DNA of 64,000 nt, from IMG/VR virus record IMGVR_UViG_3300045971_000577, positions 186,001-250,000 of that record; one strand, given 5' to 3'. The position numbers and the translations under genes were made by a program. This document shows positions 28,908 to 37,516 of the stretch, piece by piece. The stretch's first letter is position 1. Each line of letters opens with the position of its first letter. The notes beneath the pieces are model-generated. The model worked only from the letters and a program-made list of their open reading frames with translations. It was not told the DNA's origin and ran no database searches.

Positions 28908-30557
28908 TTAGTTTGTGTTCAATGATATTAGTGGATATCCATTGCCGATTGCTGTGTACGAATACCCTATCTGCATACCATTCTTGAAAATAAATACTAT
29001 ATTGGCAAAGCCAGCATATGTTATTCCAATCACGTCACCGATAGAAAATGTACTGCTAGGTGATATAACTGTGGAACCAATTCCAAAAACTCGGCCATCG
29101 TCGATATAGAATACACTGCCGGTGGAAGCATTACCGAAATTTATATTAGGATCAAAATGGTTCGACGGTTGATCTACAAACATGCCAACTGCCAGGAGTG
29201 CCGAATGTTTATGGATTCCCGACTCCCAATAAAACTCCCAATATGCGTACGGGCTTGCCGCGTATGGTGCAGGTACTGTACCCAATACTGCAGATATTCC
29301 AGAATTAGCAAATGTCACTGTGGTGGCTGACGGGAAGGTTGCCAATGAATTTATATTGGACTGATCATAAACCCCTGTAACTGGACCGGAATTTACCGGG
29401 CCCGATGTGGAAACTGTTTCCATTGCTGCATCATATGCCGCAGAATATTGTATATCGGCATTCTCCGATCTAAATATTATAGTAGGAGTTGTCGATGGCA
29501 AAGCTGGTACACGAGTAATAGTTGTCTGCACCTGGGCAGATATAGACGGAGACGATACAATGTAATAGTCGCCGGCTGACGCCGTAGGACCTACAACAAT
29601 GTGAAAATAATATTGATAAGAATATCCGCTCGAATCAGGGAATGTCGAAAAATCAGAATATACTATCCATATTTTATCATCGGTTTTCATAGGTATATAA
29701 AAATTCAACACATTCTCTGTCGATGGTGGAACTCCACTAAACGACCTAGTCTGATATATAGGCAAAGGTTTTATCTGATATTGTGCATTTGCTGAATTTC
29801 CGGCGCCAACATAAAATGTACCATCGCCGGAATTTATTCCGCTGCCTGTTAGAACAATATTACTTGCCGTTCCACCGGAGGCCGGTGTAGTCTGATCAAT
29901 ACCGTCGGACACGCTGAACGGAGGTATGTCCGACAAATGACCTATAATGCCTATATCGCCGCCGAATCCATTACTTGCAGCAAAAGTACCATATCGTGTA
30001 TATTGATTAGATGCGAGTGCAAGTGTTACTGGAAATGGTGTTACATCGTCTGTAGAAAATACATTATTACCGAAACCTAGTGAAGTAGGTTCTGTTGTTA
30101 CATCGTTTGTAGAAAATACATTATTACCGAAACCTAGTGAAGTAGGTTCTGTTGTTTGATCTCCGATAAAATCTGTCGGGGGAATAACAACAATAAAGTC
30201 CATCTTTGTTACACTTCCGGATCCGGATGCATTCGTAGCAATCAATTTTACAGAATAAGTCCCGGGAGTTGTATACTGATATGTAGGATTCTGCAATGTA
30301 CTATCTATAGTACCGTCGTTATCGAAATCCCATTGCCACGATGTCGGACTTTCTGTCGAATAATCAGTGAATGCTACTGTTAGTGTATCGTATCCTGTCT
30401 GAGGTGTTGCAGTAAAATCGGCAACAGGTGCAGGAGTTGGTGTAGGTGCAACTATTACAGGACCCACTGACGGTGTCTGCGCCACCGTCAGTGGCGCAGT
30501 TCCACTATCTACCGTGATAATAACTATCGGTGCTTTGAATTGGCTATCGTCCGACAA
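28908..30557 (-). CDS. PKD-domain protein with SPRY-like C-terminus (fibre/adhesin-like)
   Basis: WQWDFDNDG..QNPTYQYTTPG PKD; YAYWEF..GDVIGI..IFKNG SPRY-like. Confidence 0.75.
   Translation of the reverse strand: MSDDSQFKAPIVIITVDSGTAPLTVAQTPSVGPVIVAPTPTPAPVADFTATPQTGYDTLTVAFTDYSTESPTSWQWDFDNDGTIDSTLQNPTYQYTTPGTYSVKLIATNASGSGSVTKMDFIVVIPPTDFIGDQTTEPTSLGFGNNVFSTNDVTTEPTSLGFGNNVFSTDDVTPFPVTLALASNQYTRYGTFAASNGFGGDIGIIGHLSDIPPFSVSDGIDQTTPASGGTASNIVLTGSGINSGDGTFYVGAGNSANAQYQIKPLPIYQTRSFSGVPPSTENVLNFYIPMKTDDKIWIVYSDFSTFPDSSGYSYQYYFHIVVGPTASAGDYYIVSSPSISAQVQTTITRVPALPSTTPTIIFRSENADIQYSAAYDAAMETVSTSGPVNSGPVTGVYDQSNINSLATFPSATTVTFANSGISAVLGTVPAPYAASPYAYWEFYWESGIHKHSALLAVGMFVDQPSNHFDPNINFGNASTGSVFYIDDGRVFGIGSTVISPSSTFSIGDVIGITYAGFANIVFIFKNGMQIGYSYTAIGNGYPLISLNTN
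30040..30153. repeat. 57-bp in-frame tandem duplication
   Basis: Two copies with 1 mismatch, encoding TTEPTSLGFGNNVFST(N/D)DV. Confidence 0.92.
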
Positions 30558-31185
30558 AGTGTAATAACTCCGAGATTTGAGATTGAAGGCTGTCTAAAGT
30601 ATCATTGTTATTTATCTCAAAATCTACTTTCGCACCTACCCAGGCCCACTCACTAAAGTGTGCGCTAGAATAAGTCTTTGTCATTGCATCTCTGGCTAGA
30701 GAATTTCCCTTGTTTGCAAGAATAGCTGTTTCATACCATACGGGTAAGGCACCGCGATTGATCTTTACAAGGATACCGCCTTGGTTCTTTATAAATTCAA
30801 TTTCGTTAGGGAAGCGAACATCGCTGATTACTACGCTCTGATCCGGATTCTTTCTAATACGATTTTCTACAGTATTGAACCATAGGTCTTGATTGAAGTG
30901 ATTTCTGAGTACGTCTGTACCCATAATCTGCAATGCGTATCGTGGGCTGAAGTTGGCAATACCTAATTTTGCAGACCACCATGGATCAACAATCTCGCGC
31001 CACTCTCTTGATTCTTTTGTGTCGCCTTCGAGCAAATGTCTAGGCCAACCGAAAATTGCTGCACATGCATCCTTCAAACTTGATGCTAAACTATCTTGTC
31101 TGAAGTTGTGTTCTTCTACCAGTCTTGAAGCTACTGTACCTTTACCGCTATTGATAAACCCAATAAGTCCGACTATCTTACTCAT
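30544..31185 (-). CDS. Deoxynucleoside monophosphate kinase (gp1-like)
   Basis: GLIGFINSGKGT, PRYALQIMGTD, ISDVRFPNE. Confidence 0.92.
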   Translation of the reverse strand: MSKIVGLIGFINSGKGTVASRLVEEHNFRQDSLASSLKDACAAIFGWPRHLLEGDTKESREWREIVDPWWSAKLGIANFSPRYALQIMGTDVLRNHFNQDLWFNTVENRIRKNPDQSVVISDVRFPNEIEFIKNQGGILVKINRGALPVWYETAILANKGNSLARDAMTKTYSSAHFSEWAWVGAKVDFEINNNDTLDSLQSQISELLHFVGR

Positions 31186-31254
31186 ACGAAACCCCTAAGC
31201 TATGTTGTCTACTGCTAGTTATGCAGAGACCGCTTAGGGGTTCGCGGTTTTTTG

Positions 31255-31548
31255 TTACGGGATTTGTTTCTTAATAATTTCCAAATTCTTCAAATATTTT
31301 CTTACTTTTAATCGTATATCGTTAATATCTCGATCAGGAAAAAATTTAATATTCAGAAATGTATTGATTCTAAGTTCGAGATCATTTATGTTATTCAATA
31401 TCGGTCTATGCCTTGCGGATCCCACATTTTTCTCTTTCATAAAACTGTGTGTTTCAATCACAAAATTATATTCAATGTCAAACTCTATATCTAAATTACT
31501 TAATTGTAGAATTAACAAATTTTGAGATTTTATTTCGTGTAATCTCAT
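31255..31548 (-). CDS. Hypothetical protein (MRLHEI leader)
   Basis: AT-rich ORF. Confidence 0.55.
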   Translation of the reverse strand: MRLHEIKSQNLLILQLSNLDIEFDIEYNFVIETHSFMKEKNVGSARHRPILNNINDLELRINTFLNIKFFPDRDINDIRLKVRKYLKNLEIIKKQIP

Positions 31549-31706
31549 TCTCCGAATTTCTCTTTAAGATCGGACAGAATTTTTTTCAGAGATTCCTGGT
31601 TTTTTTTTGATCCGTTAATTAACTCTTTCAATATAGCAAGCTGTTCTTCCTCACTAGGGTGAATTACAGGAGGATTCGTTAATTCGTTTATTTTCTTATT
31701 TTTCAT
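31545..31706 (-). CDS. 53-aa hypothetical protein
   Basis: Hand-translated MKNKKINELTNPP...KEKFGE; ATGA overlap with the next gene. Confidence 0.5.
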   Translation of the reverse strand: MKNKKINELTNPPVIHPSEEEQLAILKELINGSKKNQESLKKILSDLKEKFGE

Positions 31707-31746
31707 TAATTTATCGCTATCCTATTACAAATAGGTTTATTATAGG

Positions 31747-32499
31747 TTAGCCGATAATGAATCCATATCCATCGCCGGCAGTCACCATGTCAAGCAACTG
31801 TTTCTCCAACTTTTCTATCTCGACTTGTGCTTCTTGTTTCATAGTAGCACCGTTTAATGTAACATTTCCAGAGGGTCCTGGGAAACCTCCTGGAAACTTA
31901 TCTCTTGCCTCGCCCAACATGTATTTCGAATATGCTGTGGCATACGATCTCAACCAAGGACCTGTATATGGATCATTGATAAGATCATCTTCAGATTTTC
32001 TCGCAAAAACACGAACTGCAACTTCTTCGTCCGCAGTTGGTCGACGAATGATTGTCAACTTATGCGAATTTACGTCCCAGTTAAAGTTGTATTGACTTGC
32101 AAAAACACGTTCAGTTGTTTCAAGAAACTGATTGTAAAAATCCCAGGTAGCCAAGCCACCTGATCTGTTTGGCTGTAACAAATAAATATTGTAGAATGCA
32201 GCATCGACAGGGTCAAAATTAACACCACCGTTGGTATATGCACCGACACCACGACGGTATAGACGTCTTACCTCTTGCACTTCCTCAGGGAGTGTATATT
32301 CAACTATATCTCTTGTAATGTGTAGAAAAATATCTTTCTCGAGCAAAGCTCCATCAGATTGCTGACGCAATTTTTGAATACCGATAGTGATTGCCTGCGA
32401 TAGGTGTTCGACGTCAAGTTCAATATCGACCATTTGCCCACCGAGCCCAAGCTCGATTTGCTTCATGAGTAACGTTCTAGCAGTAACTTGTGCGGACAT
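31747..32499 (-). CDS. Neck protein (gp13-like)
   Basis: IELGLGG.MVDIEL, LGEARDKF..FPGP.G.VTLNG. Confidence 0.75.
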   Translation of the reverse strand: MSAQVTARTLLMKQIELGLGGQMVDIELDVEHLSQAITIGIQKLRQQSDGALLEKDIFLHITRDIVEYTLPEEVQEVRRLYRRGVGAYTNGGVNFDPVDAAFYNIYLLQPNRSGGLATWDFYNQFLETTERVFASQYNFNWDVNSHKLTIIRRPTADEEVAVRVFARKSEDDLINDPYTGPWLRSYATAYSKYMLGEARDKFPGGFPGPSGNVTLNGATMKQEAQVEIEKLEKQLLDMVTAGDGYGFIIG

Positions 32500-32532
32500 A
32501 GTGTATCAACTCCAGTGATACACTATTTATGA

Positions 32533-33009
32533 CTAGCCAGGTGGTTTGTAGGTACCGTTTATAAGTGATTTTCTTACGGTGCCGTTGCCGGCCAACTTAT
32601 TCATCTGCTCGATCCATTTAGTCGCGGTATCCAAATATATCGTTCTGGTCTCGTCATCTAAGAAATCATCTTCGGGAGTCTTAGGATAGATATACTTTTG
32701 ATATTTTTTCACAGACGCATCTAGTTCCAAATACTTCTGTTCGATGGTAGATAATGGCTTGGCTTCTGCCCTTGCTGCATCAGCAGCCTTCTTTTGCTGA
32801 TAATAGTCTTTATAGAGCCGAGAATAATCTTCTTTTGCCTTTCTTAATGCAGGACTTGAATCCCATACCTGCTGAAACGGATGACGACTTACTTCTGTGC
32901 CGTCTGGTTGATGAACAGTATACACCTTATTATCTATATCCAGTTCCCAATAAGGCTCACCGGGTTTATAATTCGGATTCTTGGATTCGATAAGGTTAGC
33001 AAGTTTCAC
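32533..33009 (-). CDS. Hypothetical late protein
   Basis: GTG start just after GATAAATA (33015-33022). Confidence 0.6.
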   Translation of the reverse strand: MKLANLIESKNPNYKPGEPYWELDIDNKVYTVHQPDGTEVSRHPFQQVWDSSPALRKAKEDYSRLYKDYYQQKKAADAARAEAKPLSTIEQKYLELDASVKKYQKYIYPKTPEDDFLDDETRTIYLDTATKWIEQMNKLAGNGTVRKSLINGTYKPPG

Positions 33010-33020
33010 GACTGTATTTA

Positions 33021-33491
33021 TCAATATTCTTCTGCTTCGTTCTTCCTATCAGCAAGCATCATAACTTTAGCATCATCCAACGCATTATGAATATCAAAAT
33101 CATTGTCCAGTATAATGTCTTCCTTGACAGGATCACAAATACTAATTCTAATGGGATATTCGAGCAAGTTGGCAGGCCATACTCCGGCATTGAGCAATGC
33201 TTTTAGATATGGCATATCCCATCCGGGGTTGTCACTAACAATGACACACTGTTCTTCCCTATCTTCAATCCAGTTGCCTAGTGCTAATGCACATTCGCTG
33301 AATGTCATTTTATGCGTATTCTTCAAAAACGGAATAACGTATAACTTGACAAAGGATGAACATTGTTCAAATTTGTAGGTATCCGTAAGTTCAGCGTAAA
33401 AGGAATCGCCGTTCTCATCCACCAAGGCAATACTGATTAGTTTTGCTTCTGGATGTGACTCCGTAAACTCCGTGTCAAGATAGAGTCTCAT
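33021..33491 (-). CDS. DEDD 3'-5' exonuclease (RNase AS/DUF5051-like)
   Basis: LYLDTEFT, ISIALV, WDMPYL, HNALDDA. Confidence 0.8.
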   Translation of the reverse strand: MRLYLDTEFTESHPEAKLISIALVDENGDSFYAELTDTYKFEQCSSFVKLYVIPFLKNTHKMTFSECALALGNWIEDREEQCVIVSDNPGWDMPYLKALLNAGVWPANLLEYPIRISICDPVKEDIILDNDFDIHNALDDAKVMMLADRKNEAEEY

Positions 33492-33678
33492 CTTTACCTT
33501 CTAATTGTTCCATCGACCATCCGTACGGGCGTAGACCACGATTTACCCAATCCCTGACGTCCTGGATAGTTACCGTGCCTTCTGCTATCATTGCTTCGTC
33601 ATAAAGATAGTCATATATGTATCTAGCCTCCATCCGCGTCAGCCCACGTAACCGATTGAATGTGTCTTCTTCTGTCAT
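33475..33678 (-). CDS. Hypothetical protein
   Basis: Coupled ORF starting MTEEDTFNRLR. Confidence 0.55.
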   Translation of the reverse strand: MTEEDTFNRLRGLTRMEARYIYDYLYDEAMIAEGTVTIQDVRDWVNRGLRPYGWSMEQLEGKDETLS

Positions 33679-34841
33679 GCTAAAATCTTCAAAATAACGA
33701 TGTCCTCATTCATGCGACCATTTGCTTTTATCTCGACAGCTTTGATGCCATCCATGAACGTTCTTAGCTGTACTTTGCCCGCCTTCTTGAACTCTGCAAG
33801 TTGCTCAACAGGCTTACGCAGGTTCTTAGACACGGATTTAGCCTCATTATAGCCAATTAGCGAGGCCCCCTTGACACTTAGCGGACCTTGCACGTCATCG
33901 GCAACGAATCTGGATATTTTGCGGGTTTTTGTGTTGAACGACCAGACTTCCTTAGCACCAAGTATTTGAGTAGGATTCAGACTCACAATACCCAAGGTAG
34001 AATCTTCCTTTTTGTACTTGAGTTTAGAAACAATCTTCTCTGTGGAGACTGGTTTCTTCTTGCGTGGGGCGCGAACTACCTTGGCTACTTCTTGCACCAT
34101 ATCGCAGGCAGAATAGAGATTGGTTAGTATAGAAAGTAGCTTTTTCATATCAACCTTGCTAAAGTTTGAATATGCTTCATTCAGATCTTTATCCTTACAT
34201 TCTACCACTCTCTCGTACTCGGCAATCCTTCTTTCGAAGATAAATCGCATATGTGGCATGTGGGCAGACTTTAGCTCATATGTTTTGAACAGATTTACGA
34301 AATCCTGCACGGTCTTTGGATTAGATTTTCGATCCATAACAAAGTCATCTAACCACCCCTCCACTTCCCCTGCAACCTCGTGTGCCTTTTCACGGAGACG
34401 GTCCTGAATTGTGATAACAACCTTATTAGTGTCGACAACAATGCTATCGCCTTTCTCTTTCGATTGGAGATATTCTTGTTGCTTTTTTTCCGCTGCAATC
34501 TTCGCTTCTTCTTCACAAATCATCTTCTCCGTTGCAGGCAGTAATCCATTCATAACGTCGTCGGGAATATCGGCATTATTATTTAGGATATACATATACT
34601 TACCAATAATGGCAAATCTATTTTCATGAATATCTTTTGCTCTGTCAAATAACGGACTCTCAATCTTCTTGAGATATTTCATTGTTTCTTTTCTTAATTC
34701 AAGTGCCGTAAGCTCATAATGAGCATACATCAATGCACCACGATAGCACGCGGAGAAATGTTTATTTGTTTTTACGGTGTTCGGAAAGTGCGGCTTGGGC
34801 CAACTAACGAATACACCTGATGTTCTTTTCTTACCAGCCAT
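33675..34841 (-). CDS. Conserved hypothetical phage protein
   Basis: 388-aa ORF. Confidence 0.8.
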   Translation of the reverse strand: MAGKKRTSGVFVSWPKPHFPNTVKTNKHFSACYRGALMYAHYELTALELRKETMKYLKKIESPLFDRAKDIHENRFAIIGKYMYILNNNADIPDDVMNGLLPATEKMICEEEAKIAAEKKQQEYLQSKEKGDSIVVDTNKVVITIQDRLREKAHEVAGEVEGWLDDFVMDRKSNPKTVQDFVNLFKTYELKSAHMPHMRFIFERRIAEYERVVECKDKDLNEAYSNFSKVDMKKLLSILTNLYSACDMVQEVAKVVRAPRKKKPVSTEKIVSKLKYKKEDSTLGIVSLNPTQILGAKEVWSFNTKTRKISRFVADDVQGPLSVKGASLIGYNEAKSVSKNLRKPVEQLAEFKKAGKVQLRTFMDGIKAVEIKANGRMNEDIVILKILA

Positions 34842-34941
34842 TGTAATATCCTCTTGGTACTTTAGCTATTTTAGCTTCGTACAAATAGAAAACGCAACTA
34901 ATCGTGGTTTAGTTGCGTCTTTTGGATATTTTGGGAAAGTT

Positions 34942-35136
34942 TTATTCTTCTTCGTCGAGCTTGCTTTTGTGCTTTTCGCCACGGGGCTGAGGATTACCCT
35001 TAGACGGTTTTCCACCCTTTTTATCAGCCTTGTGTTTGCCAGAACCGGTAGTTTGGGCATTCTTGGCTACGAAATTACGTGGTTGTGTAGCAGGCACCTT
35101 TGCTGGTTTTGCTTCAAAAAGTTCAAACAATCTCAT
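34942..35136 (-). CDS. Small basic late protein (MRLFELFEAK leader)
   Basis: GGAG SD; Lys-rich. Confidence 0.6.
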   Translation of the reverse strand: MRLFELFEAKPAKVPATQPRNFVAKNAQTTGSGKHKADKKGGKPSKGNPQPRGEKHKSKLDEEE

Positions 35137-35396
35137 GGCTGCTCCAAATAAAGATGTGTGAGAGTGGTAGCGAATCACTCTCACACGACGCCTGCCCTGG
35201 TGGGTTCCGTCAACAACGGTCCTAATGGTAGTTGTTATTCTTATTTATCAAAGAGCCTTCTGAAAATATCCTTTCAGGTTTGCGTTGAACACAGACACTT
35301 CGTAAAGCTAAAGTGCGTGCAAAGCCAAAAGATATTCCATAGGATTTGTCGATTTGGCAATCTTAGCCAAATACCAACTTCTCAATATTCCAGCAG

Positions 35397-35774
35397 TCAT
35401 GTTGATTTTTTCCTAAATGCTAAGTAGTTATCCATTAATGAGTGAATATTCTTTGTTCCCTCTGGATTCTTGCTGTGGACAGTATAACTGAAATCGTCAG
35501 GTATCAATCCGGTATCCAGATCATAATCGACCAACCATTTTGCAAAGTCCATGCCGGTTTTGCCGTCAGAATAATCTCCAGCGTAGTGCATCAAACCCAA
35601 ATCATGGTCAAAACTGATCACATTTGGTACGCCGTTCGATTTGACCCACTCGCAGGCTTCTGCAAAGGAACGAACAATCTGCCAGTCTGCACCCCAAAAC
35701 CCGCAGCCACCAATAAGGATCCAGGTTACGTCCTTTGGCACTCGTTCGTCGTCAAGGAATAGATATTTTTTCAT
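35397..35774 (-). CDS. Cyclic-phosphate-processing receiver-like domain protein
   Basis: LFLDDER.P, ISFDHDLG, KTGMDFAKWL, VHSKNP. Confidence 0.8.
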   Translation of the reverse strand: MKKYLFLDDERVPKDVTWILIGGCGFWGADWQIVRSFAEACEWVKSNGVPNVISFDHDLGLMHYAGDYSDGKTGMDFAKWLVDYDLDTGLIPDDFSYTVHSKNPEGTKNIHSLMDNYLAFRKKST

Positions 35775-35791
35775 AATGTATTGTAACAAGT

Positions 35792-35825
35792 AAAAATGGC
35801 AGTGGCAAGTCTCCCTACCACTGCC
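35792..35825 (-). terminator. Intrinsic terminator
   Basis: GGCAGTGG/CCACTGCC stem plus T5. Confidence 0.75.
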
Positions 35826-35828
35826 AAA

Positions 35829-36018
35829 TGTGTGTATCTAGGCACCCCACCTAAATTCCCCGTCCTGTGTTTCGGATCCTCCGCGGTTACATTCCCTCTG
35901 TAGAAGAAAGTGCCGCTCCGCCCTATATAGAAGCATGGATGCAGTCGACTGCATTTTATCCAGAGACTCTATGTTCAAACCACAGGTTCGCTAATCCGGC
36001 CCTACAAAGCCACACACA
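35829..36018 (-). ncRNA. Unidentified ~190-nt structured RNA candidate
   Basis: No credible ORF; ends pair (TGTGTGT/ACACACA); internal CCTGTG/CACAGG and ATGCAG/CTGCAT stems; followed by a terminator. Confidence 0.5.
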
Positions 36019-36025
36019 AACAACC

Positions 36026-36418
36026 TTATTTTATAACTTTCATTGTATAGTAAGCTTCGCATTGTAGCTTTGCAAGCGCAACCACCTTTTCCTCGTACGA
36101 AATTTCGTCCGCTCCAGGTTTCTTACCGTAAATCTTTGAAGCTATTCTATCGAAGTTATGCACCAAATCGTACAGGTTGTTCTGCACAATCTTAGCATAG
36201 GACTTACTCTGCTTCTTTACATAATCCTCGATGCACGCACTAACTTTCTCTTCTCTATCTACTATATCGATTAGTTTACCTGTTGGTATGATATATTGTT
36301 CTTCAAATATCTTATGAACTTCAAGAGGAGTGATTACTTCCGGTGGAAGCGGTTCAACACCCTTTGAAAAGACATTTGTTGCAACAAATAGTAGGAGAAA
36401 TATTAGTGTTCGCATCAC
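36026..36418 (-). CDS. Secreted/membrane hypothetical protein
   Basis: Signal-peptide-like N-terminus. Confidence 0.65.
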   Translation of the reverse strand: MMRTLIFLLLFVATNVFSKGVEPLPPEVITPLEVHKIFEEQYIIPTGKLIDIVDREEKVSACIEDYVKKQSKSYAKIVQNNLYDLVHNFDRIASKIYGKKPGADEISYEEKVVALAKLQCEAYYTMKVIK

Positions 36419-36422
36419 TTAA

Positions 36423-36444
36423 GAGAAGGCCTTTCGGCCTATCC
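36423..36444 (-). terminator. Hairpin after rIIB
   Basis: AGGCC-TTTC-GGCCT. Confidence 0.55.
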
Positions 36445-36445
36445 C

Positions 36446-37507
36446 TTAGACTTCTTCGTCAGTACCAGCCTTAACGATCTTCAGCTGGGCCTTCTTCTGG
36501 CGAATGTTCTTCTCGACTTGGGCTTCCGCTTCTTCATACGTCATGTTCTCGTATTCAACCCAATCAGAGTCACGAACACGAACCAGGTCGTACAACTGTT
36601 CGTCGGAATCAAGCGGCAGGTCGCCGAAACCATCATCGTCAAACAGTTCTTCAGGCGGTTCGTCAGCATCTTCATGCACAACATCTGCACCAGTAGCGAA
36701 CGGCCAGACAGCTTGCGGAGCCAGAACGTCACGTACCACGCGGGCTGCCTGGGCAGCATCCACATTACCAGCAACCACTTCGGCAAACGCCTGAGCGGCA
36801 TCGCCTTGAACTTCAGCAACCACTTCGTACTTCATGCAACGACCCTTGGCACCGTTGTAGTCAGTAGGAATGCTAACCACGTCAGCCGGGCTGATCTTCA
36901 GGATCATGACAGGCTGATCGCGACCACCGAAGTGACCCAGATAGCTTTCGCTGCAGAAGTGCAGACCGGTGGAGCAATGCGAATCAGGATCATCGTCAAC
37001 CAAGTTGCGATCCATCTCGACCACAGCACCGACATGGTTGCTGATAGAACCGGAGTGAATGTCCAGGTAGTCATTGCGAACACGCTTGAATGCCAAGAAA
37101 TAGCCGTCTTGCGTGATAGGCAGGTTGTTCTTTTCCAGGAAGCCGTAGACCTGGTCCACAGAACGCTTGGACGGGTTCTGCATCAGGTTTTCCATGAAGC
37201 GTGCCATCGAATCGACAGGCATACCGTCTTGGAACATTTCCAGCATACGTGCGGTCAGCGCGTTGTGGAACGGTTGACCCTTCCAGAGGATCTTGTTGCC
37301 GTCCAGGCTGATATTACCCTTGCCGAAGTTGATAAGTACCTTCTTGGGCGAAACGAGATCACGGAGTGAATCCCATTCCCTGTTCTTCAAGGCGTCCACG
37401 ATCTTGCCGTAGGCAATGTGGGTGTCCTTCGAGATTGTGTGGCTCTTGCCATCGATTACCAGGATGATGTTCTTACCCTGGATCAGATACGGAATCGCTT
37501 GTGTCAT
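36446..37507 (-). CDS. rIIB: rIIB-like protein
   Basis: GYFLAFKRV, VEMDRNLVDD, CSTGLHFCS, KISPADVVSIP, KGRCMKYEV. Confidence 0.9.
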   Translation of the reverse strand: MTQAIPYLIQGKNIILVIDGKSHTISKDTHIAYGKIVDALKNREWDSLRDLVSPKKVLINFGKGNISLDGNKILWKGQPFHNALTARMLEMFQDGMPVDSMARFMENLMQNPSKRSVDQVYGFLEKNNLPITQDGYFLAFKRVRNDYLDIHSGSISNHVGAVVEMDRNLVDDDPDSHCSTGLHFCSESYLGHFGGRDQPVMILKISPADVVSIPTDYNGAKGRCMKYEVVAEVQGDAAQAFAEVVAGNVDAAQAARVVRDVLAPQAVWPFATGADVVHEDADEPPEELFDDDGFGDLPLDSDEQLYDLVRVRDSDWVEYENMTYEEAEAQVEKNIRQKKAQLKIVKAGTDEEV

Positions 37508-37516
37508 GTTTTACCT

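Noticed and set aside
31599-31608. Poly-T/A run as a second frameshift site
   Set aside because: The 53-aa ORF reads through the run in frame (SKKNQ).
35867-36067. 66-aa plus-strand ORF over the structured RNA
   Set aside because: No RBS, opposite to local transcription, and the minus-strand terminator and stems explain the region better.
36518-37369. 283-aa plus-strand ORF
   Set aside because: Antisense shadow of the GC-biased rIIB gene.
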